Below, in pieces: positions 48,634-56,620 of a stretch of DNA of 64,000 nucleotides. Position 1 is the first letter of the stretch; each line of letters begins with the position of its first letter. A model generated the notes under the pieces. The model searched no databases. It was not told the DNA's origin and was given only the letters and a program-made list of their open reading frames with translations. A program made the position numbers and the translations under genes. This stretch comes from a virus (lineage: Duplodnaviria; Caudoviricetes): positions 1 to 64,000 of IMG/VR virus record IMGVR_UViG_3300014204_000004, one strand, 5' to 3'.

Positions 48634-48650
48634 GCCGGATTCAATTAGGT

Positions 48651-49085
48651 TTAATCTTCAAGGCTGTTGTCTGGTGCTCCGAAGCCTGCGATGTATTCTA
48701 TCCAGTCTTCAATCAGAGTCTCTTCGCGTAAGATGTGCTCCTGTGGCAGGACGTGATAGATGATGCCTTTGACAGTCAACACATTGCCTGCGTCATTTGT
48801 TATCTCAACAGCGATAACCTCTTTTTTGTAACCGAAAGGTAGCTCCAGATTGTCGAGCATCTTTTCGACCACTGCGTTTACTTCGTATGCTTCTACCACG
48901 AATGAGTGCTCGCCTGTGCCTTCTCTGTCGAGCACAGCTTTCGGGTAACCGCCGACGTTGTACATCTTGCCTTTTACTCTGCCTTTGCCGAGACAGGTCA
49001 CTTTGTTCGTTGTGCCTTTCTCCTGAAGTAGATAGTGATTGTAACTACCTTTGCGTAGCGTACCATAAACAAATGCGTTTTTCAC
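48651..49085 (-). CDS. Gamma-glutamylcyclotransferase (AIG2-like)
   Basis: FVYGTLRKG..N, GGYP and E.YEV......LD.LE..Y motifs. Confidence 0.88.
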   Translation of the reverse strand: MKNAFVYGTLRKGSYNHYLLQEKGTTNKVTCLGKGRVKGKMYNVGGYPKAVLDREGTGEHSFVVEAYEVNAVVEKMLDNLELPFGYKKEVIAVEITNDAGNVLTVKGIIYHVLPQEHILREETLIEDWIEYIAGFGAPDNSLED

Positions 49086-49369
49086 GTAAACCTCCCCTTG
49101 AACATATGATGTTGTAAGAGGTGAGCGTTCTGCCTTCTGACGACATTGATTTGAATTGCAATAGGGTAGTCTATGTGCTCTCGTATCTTTGCAAGCCCGT
49201 CACGCATTGCCTTTTCAGTCTGATACACTATCGTAATCTGATTGCTGGCTCTAAACTCTTTCGTATTGCCAGCGTACAGCTTGATAGTGTTGACCTCTGG
49301 TAGCTGAGATATCGTTATGATAACCTCGAAGTAGTCATGCTCTGGCCATTCTTTGAAGTCTACCTTCAC
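49082..49369 (-). CDS. Hypothetical protein
   Basis: Coupled ORF. Confidence 0.5.
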   Translation of the reverse strand: MKVDFKEWPEHDYFEVIITISQLPEVNTIKLYAGNTKEFRASNQITIVYQTEKAMRDGLAKIREHIDYPIAIQINVVRRQNAHLLQHHMFKGRFT

Positions 49370-49382
49370 GCTTTCTTCCTTC

Positions 49383-49796
49383 TCACGCGTGTCTTCTTCT
49401 CACGCGTGTCTTCTTCTCAGGCACAGGCTCTTCTTCTACCACAGGTTCAAAAACAGGCTCTTCTTCAACAACAGGCTCTTCAACAACAGGCTCTTCGTCA
49501 ACTGCAGGTACTTCCTCTTCGACTGGTTCAGATTCTTCCTCTTCGATTGGTTGTTTAGATTCTTTCTCTTCGACTTCTTTGAATCGTATCTGAGGTGCAT
49601 ATCCCGGCATATTGTGCGTGTCTTTGGTCCACAACTTGCAGATGTTCTCTGCTACTTCTACCGCCTCTGCTTTGTCCTCGAAGTGTTTGTACTCTTTGAG
49701 GTAGCAGGCAGGTAGCATATCGATGGAAGGTTCGCTGTTTGTTACCTCTACTATTCTCAACCCGCCAGTTTTGTACTGTCTTGTTACTGTCCACAT
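49383..49796 (-). CDS. Hypothetical protein with EEPVV repeats
   Basis: AGGAGG RBS; acidic repeat tail. Confidence 0.6.
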   Translation of the reverse strand: MWTVTRQYKTGGLRIVEVTNSEPSIDMLPACYLKEYKHFEDKAEAVEVAENICKLWTKDTHNMPGYAPQIRFKEVEEKESKQPIEEEESEPVEEEVPAVDEEPVVEEPVVEEEPVFEPVVEEEPVPEKKTRVRRRHA

Positions 49797-49904
49797 ACTT
49801 TCCTCCTATGATAGAATTATTAGGCGACGTTGATAAGAACCGCCGCCTAAAAAATTCTACAACATAGCGTAGATAAAAGCAAACTGAACAGTAAGTGACC
49901 TAGG

Positions 49905-50641
49905 TTAGCTCTGCCTAAACAGTGCGTTACGACCGGGACTGTGCAAAACCACAACAAAGCCCTGCCCTACTCTACCTGCACTATACATTAGCGCACTTTA
50001 CTTTACCCCTCACTTTGCTCAACCAAACTTTACTGTCGCCTCGCACTTACTTAACTCTGCGATGAGACACCTTACCCTTGCCGTACATAACCGAGCTTTG
50101 CTCACACAGTACAGTGCTAAACCACACCATGACATTACTTTACAGCACCTTGCGACACCTTCACAGTACCAGAACAGCATATAACACTGCGGTGCCATAC
50201 CTAAACTTCACTTAAGTGCGCTCCGCTTTTACATTACAACACAAAACTATACTCATACATCAGTATACTGAACCATACCTGCACGATATATAACTAAACA
50301 ATGCCGTACCAACGCCTTACGTGACAGTGCTGTGCCATTACCATACATCATCAAACAATGCAGTACCTTCGCCTTCACGTAACATCTCTATACGATGCAA
50401 AACCACCACGCAACACTGCCGTGCAATACCATAACTGAACCATCCATACAATACCTTTACGTGACATCTCTATACGATGCAATTACTTTACGTATCTATA
50501 CAGTGCCTCTGCGATACTATTCTTTACCCTTACCACAAGAAACTGTGCAATACCAACGCTATGCTATGCTACGCCTTTACGAAACATTGGGTAGTATAAC
50601 CATACCTTTACTTCACTTTACGGTGTCGAGCTTGCGCTAGA
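49905..50641 (-). ncRNA. Pentamer-periodic array (GY-NNN)n downstream of the RAMP gene; candidate guide-RNA array
   Basis: On the + strand RC recurs every 5 nt, with a 6-nt step every 4-6 units, e.g. from 50279: ctgcac gatat ataac taaac aatgc cgtac caacgc cttac gtgac agtgc tgtgc cattac catac. No plausible ORF. Confidence 0.8.
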
Positions 50642-51292
50642 CTATGCTGTGAGCCTTTCTTTGACAGGCTCGATGGCGAGTACCTCGAAGCGGCCGTAAC
50701 CGCCGTTTCTGAACTGACCAAGACCAGCAAGCTCACCATAACTTAGCAACTCGATGAGCATGTCCCAGGTTATCTCTTTGTTCTTGAGAAGTTTGATGGT
50801 GAAGCCGAGTATCAGACCTGCGTTGACATAATCACTACGTGCCAGTGTTACACGCGGGCCCTGAGGTGTCATAACGCGAAGAGGTCTTTCTATGTAGCCG
50901 TCAGGCTGGCTACAGCCGAGGTAGATGCGACGAGGTGTGACGAACACGTACTTGTCTACCTTGCCACGTATACCCTTCATCTTCTCCATTGTGGCGGGTT
51001 TGCCTTTCTTTTCTTTCTCGACCAGAAAGGTCTGCTGAAGAACTTCGCCGGCATTCTTGAGAAATCCGCGAATCATGTAGTCATATATGAAAAGCCGGTC
51101 GGTTTCTTTCTCTCTGTGAAACCCCGTCCAGCCCTTTTCCTCTGTCTTGTCTACTGTCGCGCTCTCGTCTTCTTCGATATTGGCAGGCTTCTTCGACTCG
51201 ATGTAGGTCTTGTAAACTTCTGGGTCTTTTGATACTGTGCCGAGCATCTCTGTTACTAACTGAATATTTACCATGCGTTCATCAAAAATCAT
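50642..51292 (-). CDS. Stand-alone Cas7/RAMP-superfamily protein (Vipr-like)
   Basis: 216 aa. N-terminal strand I.L.TEMLG, helix YMIRGFLK.A, central ERP..R...RSD segment, and C-terminal glycine-rich loop GLGQFRNGGYGRFEV typical of RAMP/Cas7-Csm3. Confidence 0.8.
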   Translation of the reverse strand: MIFDERMVNIQLVTEMLGTVSKDPEVYKTYIESKKPANIEEDESATVDKTEEKGWTGFHREKETDRLFIYDYMIRGFLKNAGEVLQQTFLVEKEKKGKPATMEKMKGIRGKVDKYVFVTPRRIYLGCSQPDGYIERPLRVMTPQGPRVTLARSDYVNAGLILGFTIKLLKNKEITWDMLIELLSYGELAGLGQFRNGGYGRFEVLAIEPVKERLTA

Positions 51293-51324
51293 TCGCCACC
51301 CCTTTTAGTATTTTTATTTTTTGA

Positions 51325-51605
51325 CACGTGGTACCACCACAGCCAGTAAAGACTTTACCTCACCTCCTTAACGATTACACTACAACACAATACCGTAACT
51401 ACTCTGTGCATAACCTCAGCAGAACATCGCATTGCCAAAACTGTGCCTTGCTATTCATTACCTTAGCCGAACTGTTACTTAACCTTCACTTTACTTTATC
51501 CACTAAACATAACAAAAGGAGAAAACAAACGCTCTCACTTTACCGCTAGTGAATAACTTTGCAAGAGGAGAATTACGAACACCATTACACTACCAAACTT
51601 TACAA
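51325..51605 (-). ncRNA. Second pentamer-periodic array upstream of the RAMP gene
   Basis: tgtgc ataac ctcagc agaac atcgc attgc caaaac tgtgc cttgc tattc attac cttagc cgaac...: same 5/6-nt grammar as the downstream array. Confidence 0.7.
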
Positions 51606-51683
51606 TGGAGGTGTTGATATGAAAAACTAAACAGGCGATACTGTTACTTTGCTCTCCTCTTGCATTATGTATTACACATCATA

Positions 51684-53033
51684 CTACAACTCAGGCTTAT
51701 CATCAATGTTCATGTTCAGAGCATAAGCCTTGAGCAGACCCTCGTGCGTCAGTACCTTTTCGGCAGGTACAACCTCTGTACGATAGCCGTCGGGATAGTG
51801 GTCGAGATATGATTCTTTGGCGTAGAAGGTCAGACCCATCTCGTTGGTTACAACTCCTTTCTTCAGTACAGCGCCGTCTTCGGCCATAGCGTAGACGAAT
51901 GTTGGGTACGCGGTACGCATCGGGAAGATGTACACTACAGGCTTGTCAACGTCAGTGGTGTCAAGGTCAGGTAGCAAATCGTTCTTGGAAAAGAAATTCT
52001 TGAACTCTTTCTCACTCATGGTAATACCCTCAGGTGTTGTAGCAGGCACACGTTTAGGTGCTTGCTTCACCGGTTTGTTGAGAGCAAATAGCCTGTTCAT
52101 GTGCACCTCATCCCATATCATGGAATACATGTTTCGCTCTCCGGGCACACACTTGATGCCAAGTTTATCGCTAAGTATGTGCGCTAAATCTGCGAGTGAA
52201 CCTTGAAGAACGTGCGTTGGCGATACCATTTCGTTGTACCGTCTTCTTATCCAGAACAGACGCAACATGCCGCCCTTTACTTTCTTTTCTCTGTGTAGCT
52301 TGTACATGGTTTTGATAAGAGCAGACTCAAGCTGGTCAGACAGTGATAGTGGTACTGGTGGCTCAGCGACAGGATTGAGATTCAGAAATTGGTCGGTAAC
52401 GTCGGTTGTTTTGCCGTTCGATGTTACGTGTAACAATTTCAATAGAGGAATCTCTTTCTTGCTGAGAACTTTGAAGCATATGATTCTGCCAGTAGGCTTT
52501 GTCACCTTGCTAAAGATGTGAGGCAAGATTCTGCACAGAGCATTAAGGTGATTACTGCATTGGCCGTACTTCTCTTTGCTTGCAATAATCACATCATCGG
52601 TAGTGAAGGTTTCAACGCGCAGTGCCAGATTGAATATGGCATTCAGAAGGTTCGCGGTCTGTGTCAAACTGCTGGGCTTGTTTGTTGGTATGATGATGCT
52701 GTCGCCGTTGACAAGTTTCAATCTATTTGATGTTGGTCTCTTGCTATCTTTATCGCCATTGTTTCTGTACTTCTCGAACGTCTCGTAACGTAGCGGCTTG
52801 ATGTGTTCAGAGACCATCATTATGTATTCTGTACGTGAGCCTACGCCGAAGGCCTTCACGACGTGCGGATATAGTCGTACATACTCCTTCAGTATGTCTG
52901 ATATGTACGATGCACTGACCTTAAGCTGTTTGGCTATTTTGTAAGGATTGAATGTCTCGCTAACTGACGAGCATGTAGCCAATGATTCGTGTATGTATCG
53001 CACGACCTTGTTGAACTTTGGTGATGTTGACAT
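51684..53033 (-). CDS. Hypothetical protein with tandem winged-HTH-like repeats
   Basis: FNPYKIAKQLKVSASYISDIL and a second similar helix set; paralogue of 53064-53924. Confidence 0.6.
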   Translation of the reverse strand: MSTSPKFNKVVRYIHESLATCSSVSETFNPYKIAKQLKVSASYISDILKEYVRLYPHVVKAFGVGSRTEYIMMVSEHIKPLRYETFEKYRNNGDKDSKRPTSNRLKLVNGDSIIIPTNKPSSLTQTANLLNAIFNLALRVETFTTDDVIIASKEKYGQCSNHLNALCRILPHIFSKVTKPTGRIICFKVLSKKEIPLLKLLHVTSNGKTTDVTDQFLNLNPVAEPPVPLSLSDQLESALIKTMYKLHREKKVKGGMLRLFWIRRRYNEMVSPTHVLQGSLADLAHILSDKLGIKCVPGERNMYSMIWDEVHMNRLFALNKPVKQAPKRVPATTPEGITMSEKEFKNFFSKNDLLPDLDTTDVDKPVVYIFPMRTAYPTFVYAMAEDGAVLKKGVVTNEMGLTFYAKESYLDHYPDGYRTEVVPAEKVLTHEGLLKAYALNMNIDDKPEL

Positions 53034-53063
53034 AGTAACTTCCTCCTTGTTATTTTGTGACAG

Positions 53064-53924
53064 TCAGCTACCTTGTGATTCTTCCCATCGTATCTTCAAC
53101 TCTTCCTTATGCTCGTCTGCAAGAATAAGAAAAGAGTCAGCAATCTCTTCAGCCGCCATACGACCACGAACAATCTGTACCTCGGCTGATATGAGTCTCA
53201 TTACTTTGTCTTTAAGAGTGAGAGGTCTCTCGTTGGTGCGCTTCTCAACTCTTTCGCCGTTGGGTTCTTGCTTGAGCAGTGCGTTCTTAAGGCCCCGTAT
53301 GACATCATTCGGCATGTTGATAGCATCAGATGTGTCACCACGCATAATGGGAAACATTCTTCGCAACGCTGAGAAGAACTCTTTTACTGTGGTCTCACCA
53401 AGATGAGTGGTCGTGGTTACATCTGAGACCGTCACGCGGTTGTTTTCTTCGGCTATCTCCAAGAAGGCATCACGCATGCGCTCGATGTTAGCAAAGGCGG
53501 CAGGCGTATTGGTTGGCACATGAATGATGACTCGTCCTCTGTGCTGTATTGAATACAGTCTGTTGGGTACGCTTGTCTTGTTGCCAGGCGTATCGAGTTC
53601 ACTGTTGTGTGCCGCACGATACTGGTCATAGTCAGGCCATCTTACCTCTTGTGGCTTGAAACATCTGAACTTCACACCCTGCCCGAACATGGCAATTCTT
53701 TTGAAGATGCCTCTGTTCATGTCATGCAGTGTTTGGCAAATGTCGGTCACGTAGGTTTTGCTGGCGTCTGTATTGTCGACCACGCTGTTGACATGTATGG
53801 TGGTGGTAATTCTTCGCGTGCCGATTAGCTCATTCTTAATATGACTGATTACTTTGTTGTATACTTCTAATCCCTCACTCATCTTTCTCCTCCTCTTCTT
53901 CGTAATGATGACCACGATGTTCAA
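53064..53924 (-). CDS. Hypothetical protein, paralogue of 51684-53033 (probable start MSEGL 53882)
   Basis: Shares the NKV..I...L, Y..DI, NRL...I.PTN.P and AL.R..P blocks. Confidence 0.6.
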   Translation of the reverse strand: MNIVVIITKKRRRKMSEGLEVYNKVISHIKNELIGTRRITTTIHVNSVVDNTDASKTYVTDICQTLHDMNRGIFKRIAMFGQGVKFRCFKPQEVRWPDYDQYRAAHNSELDTPGNKTSVPNRLYSIQHRGRVIIHVPTNTPAAFANIERMRDAFLEIAEENNRVTVSDVTTTTHLGETTVKEFFSALRRMFPIMRGDTSDAINMPNDVIRGLKNALLKQEPNGERVEKRTNERPLTLKDKVMRLISAEVQIVRGRMAAEEIADSFLILADEHKEELKIRWEESQGS

Positions 53925-54525
53925 GCATATACAATGAGGAACTGATATGCTTATCGAACACGTTGCCTATTTTGTGGGTTAAACACCCGCACTTGAACAC
54001 ATCGCCATTAGGCACCACGAACAGTTCGTCACATCTGCAACCTTCTGTGGCTTCTGGTAGCTCAACAGCCCTGCCACATTTCTTTATGTTGCCACTGACA
54101 TCACGTATCTCTCGAAAGTCGTTATCAGACTGACCATAATTGAACGCAGTCTTCTTCGGTCTTTCAAATGCCTTTGAGACCTCTGGGTCTATGGGTTCAT
54201 GGTACACATCGAGCGACAGGCACACAGACAGTATTCCATGTCGAGCAATGTTGGCAAGTCTTAAAGCCTCCTTCTTATTCTTGCCGTTAGTAGCGAGCCA
54301 TATAGGACCTTCAGGTGTTCTGCCCTGAGCTATACCCACCATCTGCCAGAACTTAGGATGTATAGTTGGCTCACCACCACCGATAGATATATACTCACCG
54401 CCGTCTTCAGCAAGGTCACATGCCTTCGTGAAGGTCTTCAGACTCATGTCCTCGCCTACATCGGTACAAGCAAAGCAACAGTGAGCACATCGCATATTGC
54501 ACCGCGTGGTTATCTGTATATACAT
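53875..54525 (-). CDS. Radical SAM protein with short SPASM/Twitch tail
   Basis: CNMRCAHC, GGGEPT.HP, TNG and C....V.PNGDV..C....IGN motifs. Confidence 0.9.
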   Translation of the reverse strand: MYIQITTRCNMRCAHCCFACTDVGEDMSLKTFTKACDLAEDGGEYISIGGGEPTIHPKFWQMVGIAQGRTPEGPIWLATNGKNKKEALRLANIARHGILSVCLSLDVYHEPIDPEVSKAFERPKKTAFNYGQSDNDFREIRDVSGNIKKCGRAVELPEATEGCRCDELFVVPNGDVFKCGCLTHKIGNVFDKHISSSLYMLEHRGHHYEEEEEKDE

Positions 54526-54534
54526 TCTCTCACC

Positions 54535-54843
54535 TCATAGAAGCTCAGATAGCGTGTCAGATATACGCACCATCAGCTTTTCATCCTCGTATATTTCCTT
54601 GCTGAAGGGTATCTCTTTGTCATCGACCAGTATTGACTCGATATCAAACTCTTCGATGAAGTCGTGCCCTCTATCAAAGCCTCTTGCACCGTGACATTCG
54701 TAGTGACCTATGCCGTCGTTGCCAACGAGCACGTCTTTGAGAATGAAAGTAACGTTGGTGTATGTCTTACTCTCTAACATCACCTCGTCAAGAGTAACAG
54801 ACGCGGTGCCAAACTCAATGTTTAATTCAGCGGCTTGCACCAT
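54535..54843 (-). CDS. Hypothetical protein
   Basis: AGGAGG RBS; NDGIGHYE.HG..G.D.G motif. Confidence 0.55.
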   Translation of the reverse strand: MVQAAELNIEFGTASVTLDEVMLESKTYTNVTFILKDVLVGNDGIGHYECHGARGFDRGHDFIEEFDIESILVDDKEIPFSKEIYEDEKLMVRISDTLSELL

Positions 54844-54851
54844 AGTTTCGT

Positions 54852-55298
54852 TTACCTCCTATCTTGGAGTTCTTCTGCCAATCTCTTGGGTAGCTTGCAG
54901 AAATACGAACCGTCTCTGTTGTGGTACACATCGCAACCTTCACGCACACTTACTGGTATAGGTGGCAATGCTGTTGTGTCCTCAAGATAGAGAAAGTTGC
55001 CATCGATTGAGGCAATCTTGAAACACTTCTCTACTATGTTAGGGTTCTCAAGATTGTCTGCAGGCCGCGTGCCTTTGAAGTAGCATATGTAGTCACCAAC
55101 ACTGACAGGTACAAGAGCCTGTGTGTGATGACATGCAAGGTCACCTCTGTCACGCACGAAGATAGCGGTCTTGAGTCTGAGATTCTTCTTATCAAGCACA
55201 AAGCGAGAGGTGAAGGTGTTCTTATATGCACCACCACCAACCCCCAATACGGGACGTCCTGTTCTGCTGAGAGATACAGTCAAACATTCTTGGTTCAT
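54852..55298 (-). CDS. Hypothetical protein
   Basis: GGAGG RBS; upstream promoter. Confidence 0.6.
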   Translation of the reverse strand: MNQECLTVSLSRTGRPVLGVGGGAYKNTFTSRFVLDKKNLRLKTAIFVRDRGDLACHHTQALVPVSVGDYICYFKGTRPADNLENPNIVEKCFKIASIDGNFLYLEDTTALPPIPVSVREGCDVYHNRDGSYFCKLPKRLAEELQDRR

Positions 55299-55327
55299 TT
55301 CAAAACCTCCGATTGTTGATAATATAA

Positions 55328-55356
55328 AGTTTAATACTTTTTCTGTTACAAGTCAA
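55328..55356 (-). promoter_or_regulatory. Sigma70-type promoter
   Basis: TTGACT-N17-TAAACT. Confidence 0.6.
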
Positions 55357-55438
55357 GAGCTATTTTTCTTAATAATTTCAAGAGCTTTTGTATGACACCG
55401 TTACCCGAACACGCGCCTCTTCTTTCATGGTTTTGCAG

Positions 55439-55648
55439 TCAAACAACAGTATCATCAGTCACCTCTTCTTTGTAACATGCGTCACCACCTATCTTCTTGA
55501 ACTCAGGGCATGCGCCGTCTTCGTTATCTTGACATTGAACACCGCAGAATCGGCGAGGTGTATGTTCATCAATCATGGTGACGTTGTTCTCACACTCGAT
55601 GCAGAGGTCGCTATCCTGACCACTGTACTCAATCCAAATAGTTTTCAT
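55439..55648 (-). CDS. Small Cys-rich protein
   Basis: AAGGAG RBS; CIEC...C...C...CP.F. Confidence 0.5.
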   Translation of the reverse strand: MKTIWIEYSGQDSDLCIECENNVTMIDEHTPRRFCGVQCQDNEDGACPEFKKIGGDACYKEEVTDDTVV

Positions 55649-55658
55649 AGTTTTCTCC

Positions 55659-55847
55659 TTATGCTGTGGTGAATGGCATTCTCTGCATACCCAAGACTAT
55701 TGCCACGTTATGTGCCACACAGAAATGCTTTACCTGTTCCCACTGTATATTTGTACCAACGTCGTGGGTGCTGGGTATATCTGACATGAGGTACAATACA
55801 TCGCCTATTAAACGAAACTCAATTACACCTTTCAGTCCTGGTTCCAA
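55659..55847 (-). CDS. Hypothetical protein
   Basis: GGAGGT RBS; TTG start. Confidence 0.45.
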   Translation of the reverse strand: MEPGLKGVIEFRLIGDVLYLMSDIPSTHDVGTNIQWEQVKHFCVAHNVAIVLGMQRMPFTTA

Positions 55848-55853
55848 TGTTAG

Positions 55854-56309
55854 TTACCTCCCCACTCTTATGACTCTGTACCTGAAATTATCTTTGCCTT
55901 TGCTTATGCTTCTGGCACAGAACTCTGCGTCCTCGTATGAGTCGAAGACAAAAGGCTTCAACTCGCCTATCTGACCGAAGAGGCACGCTTCTTCTGGATA
56001 ATCTTTGTCCCAGTAAACGAGCAGACACTTCATAGGAAAGGCAGGCATCTCTGTTACATCATCTGTGTCGAGGTGCACCCAGGAGCATACACCTTTATTG
56101 TCTATCACATCGAATATCTTTGCGCCTTCGTTAAAGGCATTGATTGCTTGCTTGGCGGCTGCTTTTGGCGTGGTGGCTGATACTAATACTTCCCAAAGAA
56201 CTTTGAACAGCTTAATTGACTTTGAACCTTGCGTTTCAGAGTTTGCCATTTCGTTGCCTCCTGTGTGTGACATAATTTTGTAGCTAAATAAGCGTACTTG
56301 TTTGGGCAA
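55854..56309 (-). CDS. Hypothetical protein (probable start MANSE 56249)
   Basis: AGGAGG RBS before MANSE. Confidence 0.55.
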   Translation of the reverse strand: MPKQVRLFSYKIMSHTGGNEMANSETQGSKSIKLFKVLWEVLVSATTPKAAAKQAINAFNEGAKIFDVIDNKGVCSWVHLDTDDVTEMPAFPMKCLLVYWDKDYPEEACLFGQIGELKPFVFDSYEDAEFCARSISKGKDNFRYRVIRVGR

Positions 56310-56383
56310 AATAAGGAGCAGTGCTTATTTTTCGAGCCTCGTTCATGTATCGAAGTCGTCACCTCTGGTTCTGCTAATCAATC

Positions 56384-56620
56384 TTAAGAGTGAAATGAAT
56401 ACTTTCTTTCGTTCTTATCCCATACTGCGCCGATGGTGTACTTCTTATCAGTACCTTCTGCTTCGTAGTGTGCCATCATGTCGTCGCCTGCCTCGTAGAT
56501 ATGCACCTTGTTGTAAAATACGATACCCCATGTGCTGAGGTAACCGATTGCCATGAACGCCTCTTTCGTATCAGGCAGGCGTTCGAGGTCTACACTTAAC
56601 TCAATCGTTCTTTTTGGCAT
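56384..56620 (-). CDS. Hypothetical protein
   Basis: Coupled ORF. Confidence 0.55.
   Translation of the reverse strand: MPKRTIELSVDLERLPDTKEAFMAIGYLSTWGIVFYNKVHIYEAGDDMMAHYEAEGTDKKYTIGAVWDKNERKYSFHS

Noticed and set aside
49380-49419. 17-bp tandem duplication ttctcacgcgtgtcttc at the end of gene 49383-49796; also a 16-bp repeat near 27944-27979
   Set aside because: Simple slippage duplications in low-complexity coding tails, with no sign of a wider system.
50395-50640. + strand ORFs 50395-50640 and 51328-51549
   Set aside because: They are antisense to the whole region, lack an RBS, and their T/L/Y/H-rich sequence is a by-product of the 5-nt periodic array.
49905-51605. Canonical CRISPR array next to the Cas7-like gene
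   Set aside because: There are no identical 25-40 bp repeats separated by spacers; conservation is only the GY dinucleotide every 5 nt.
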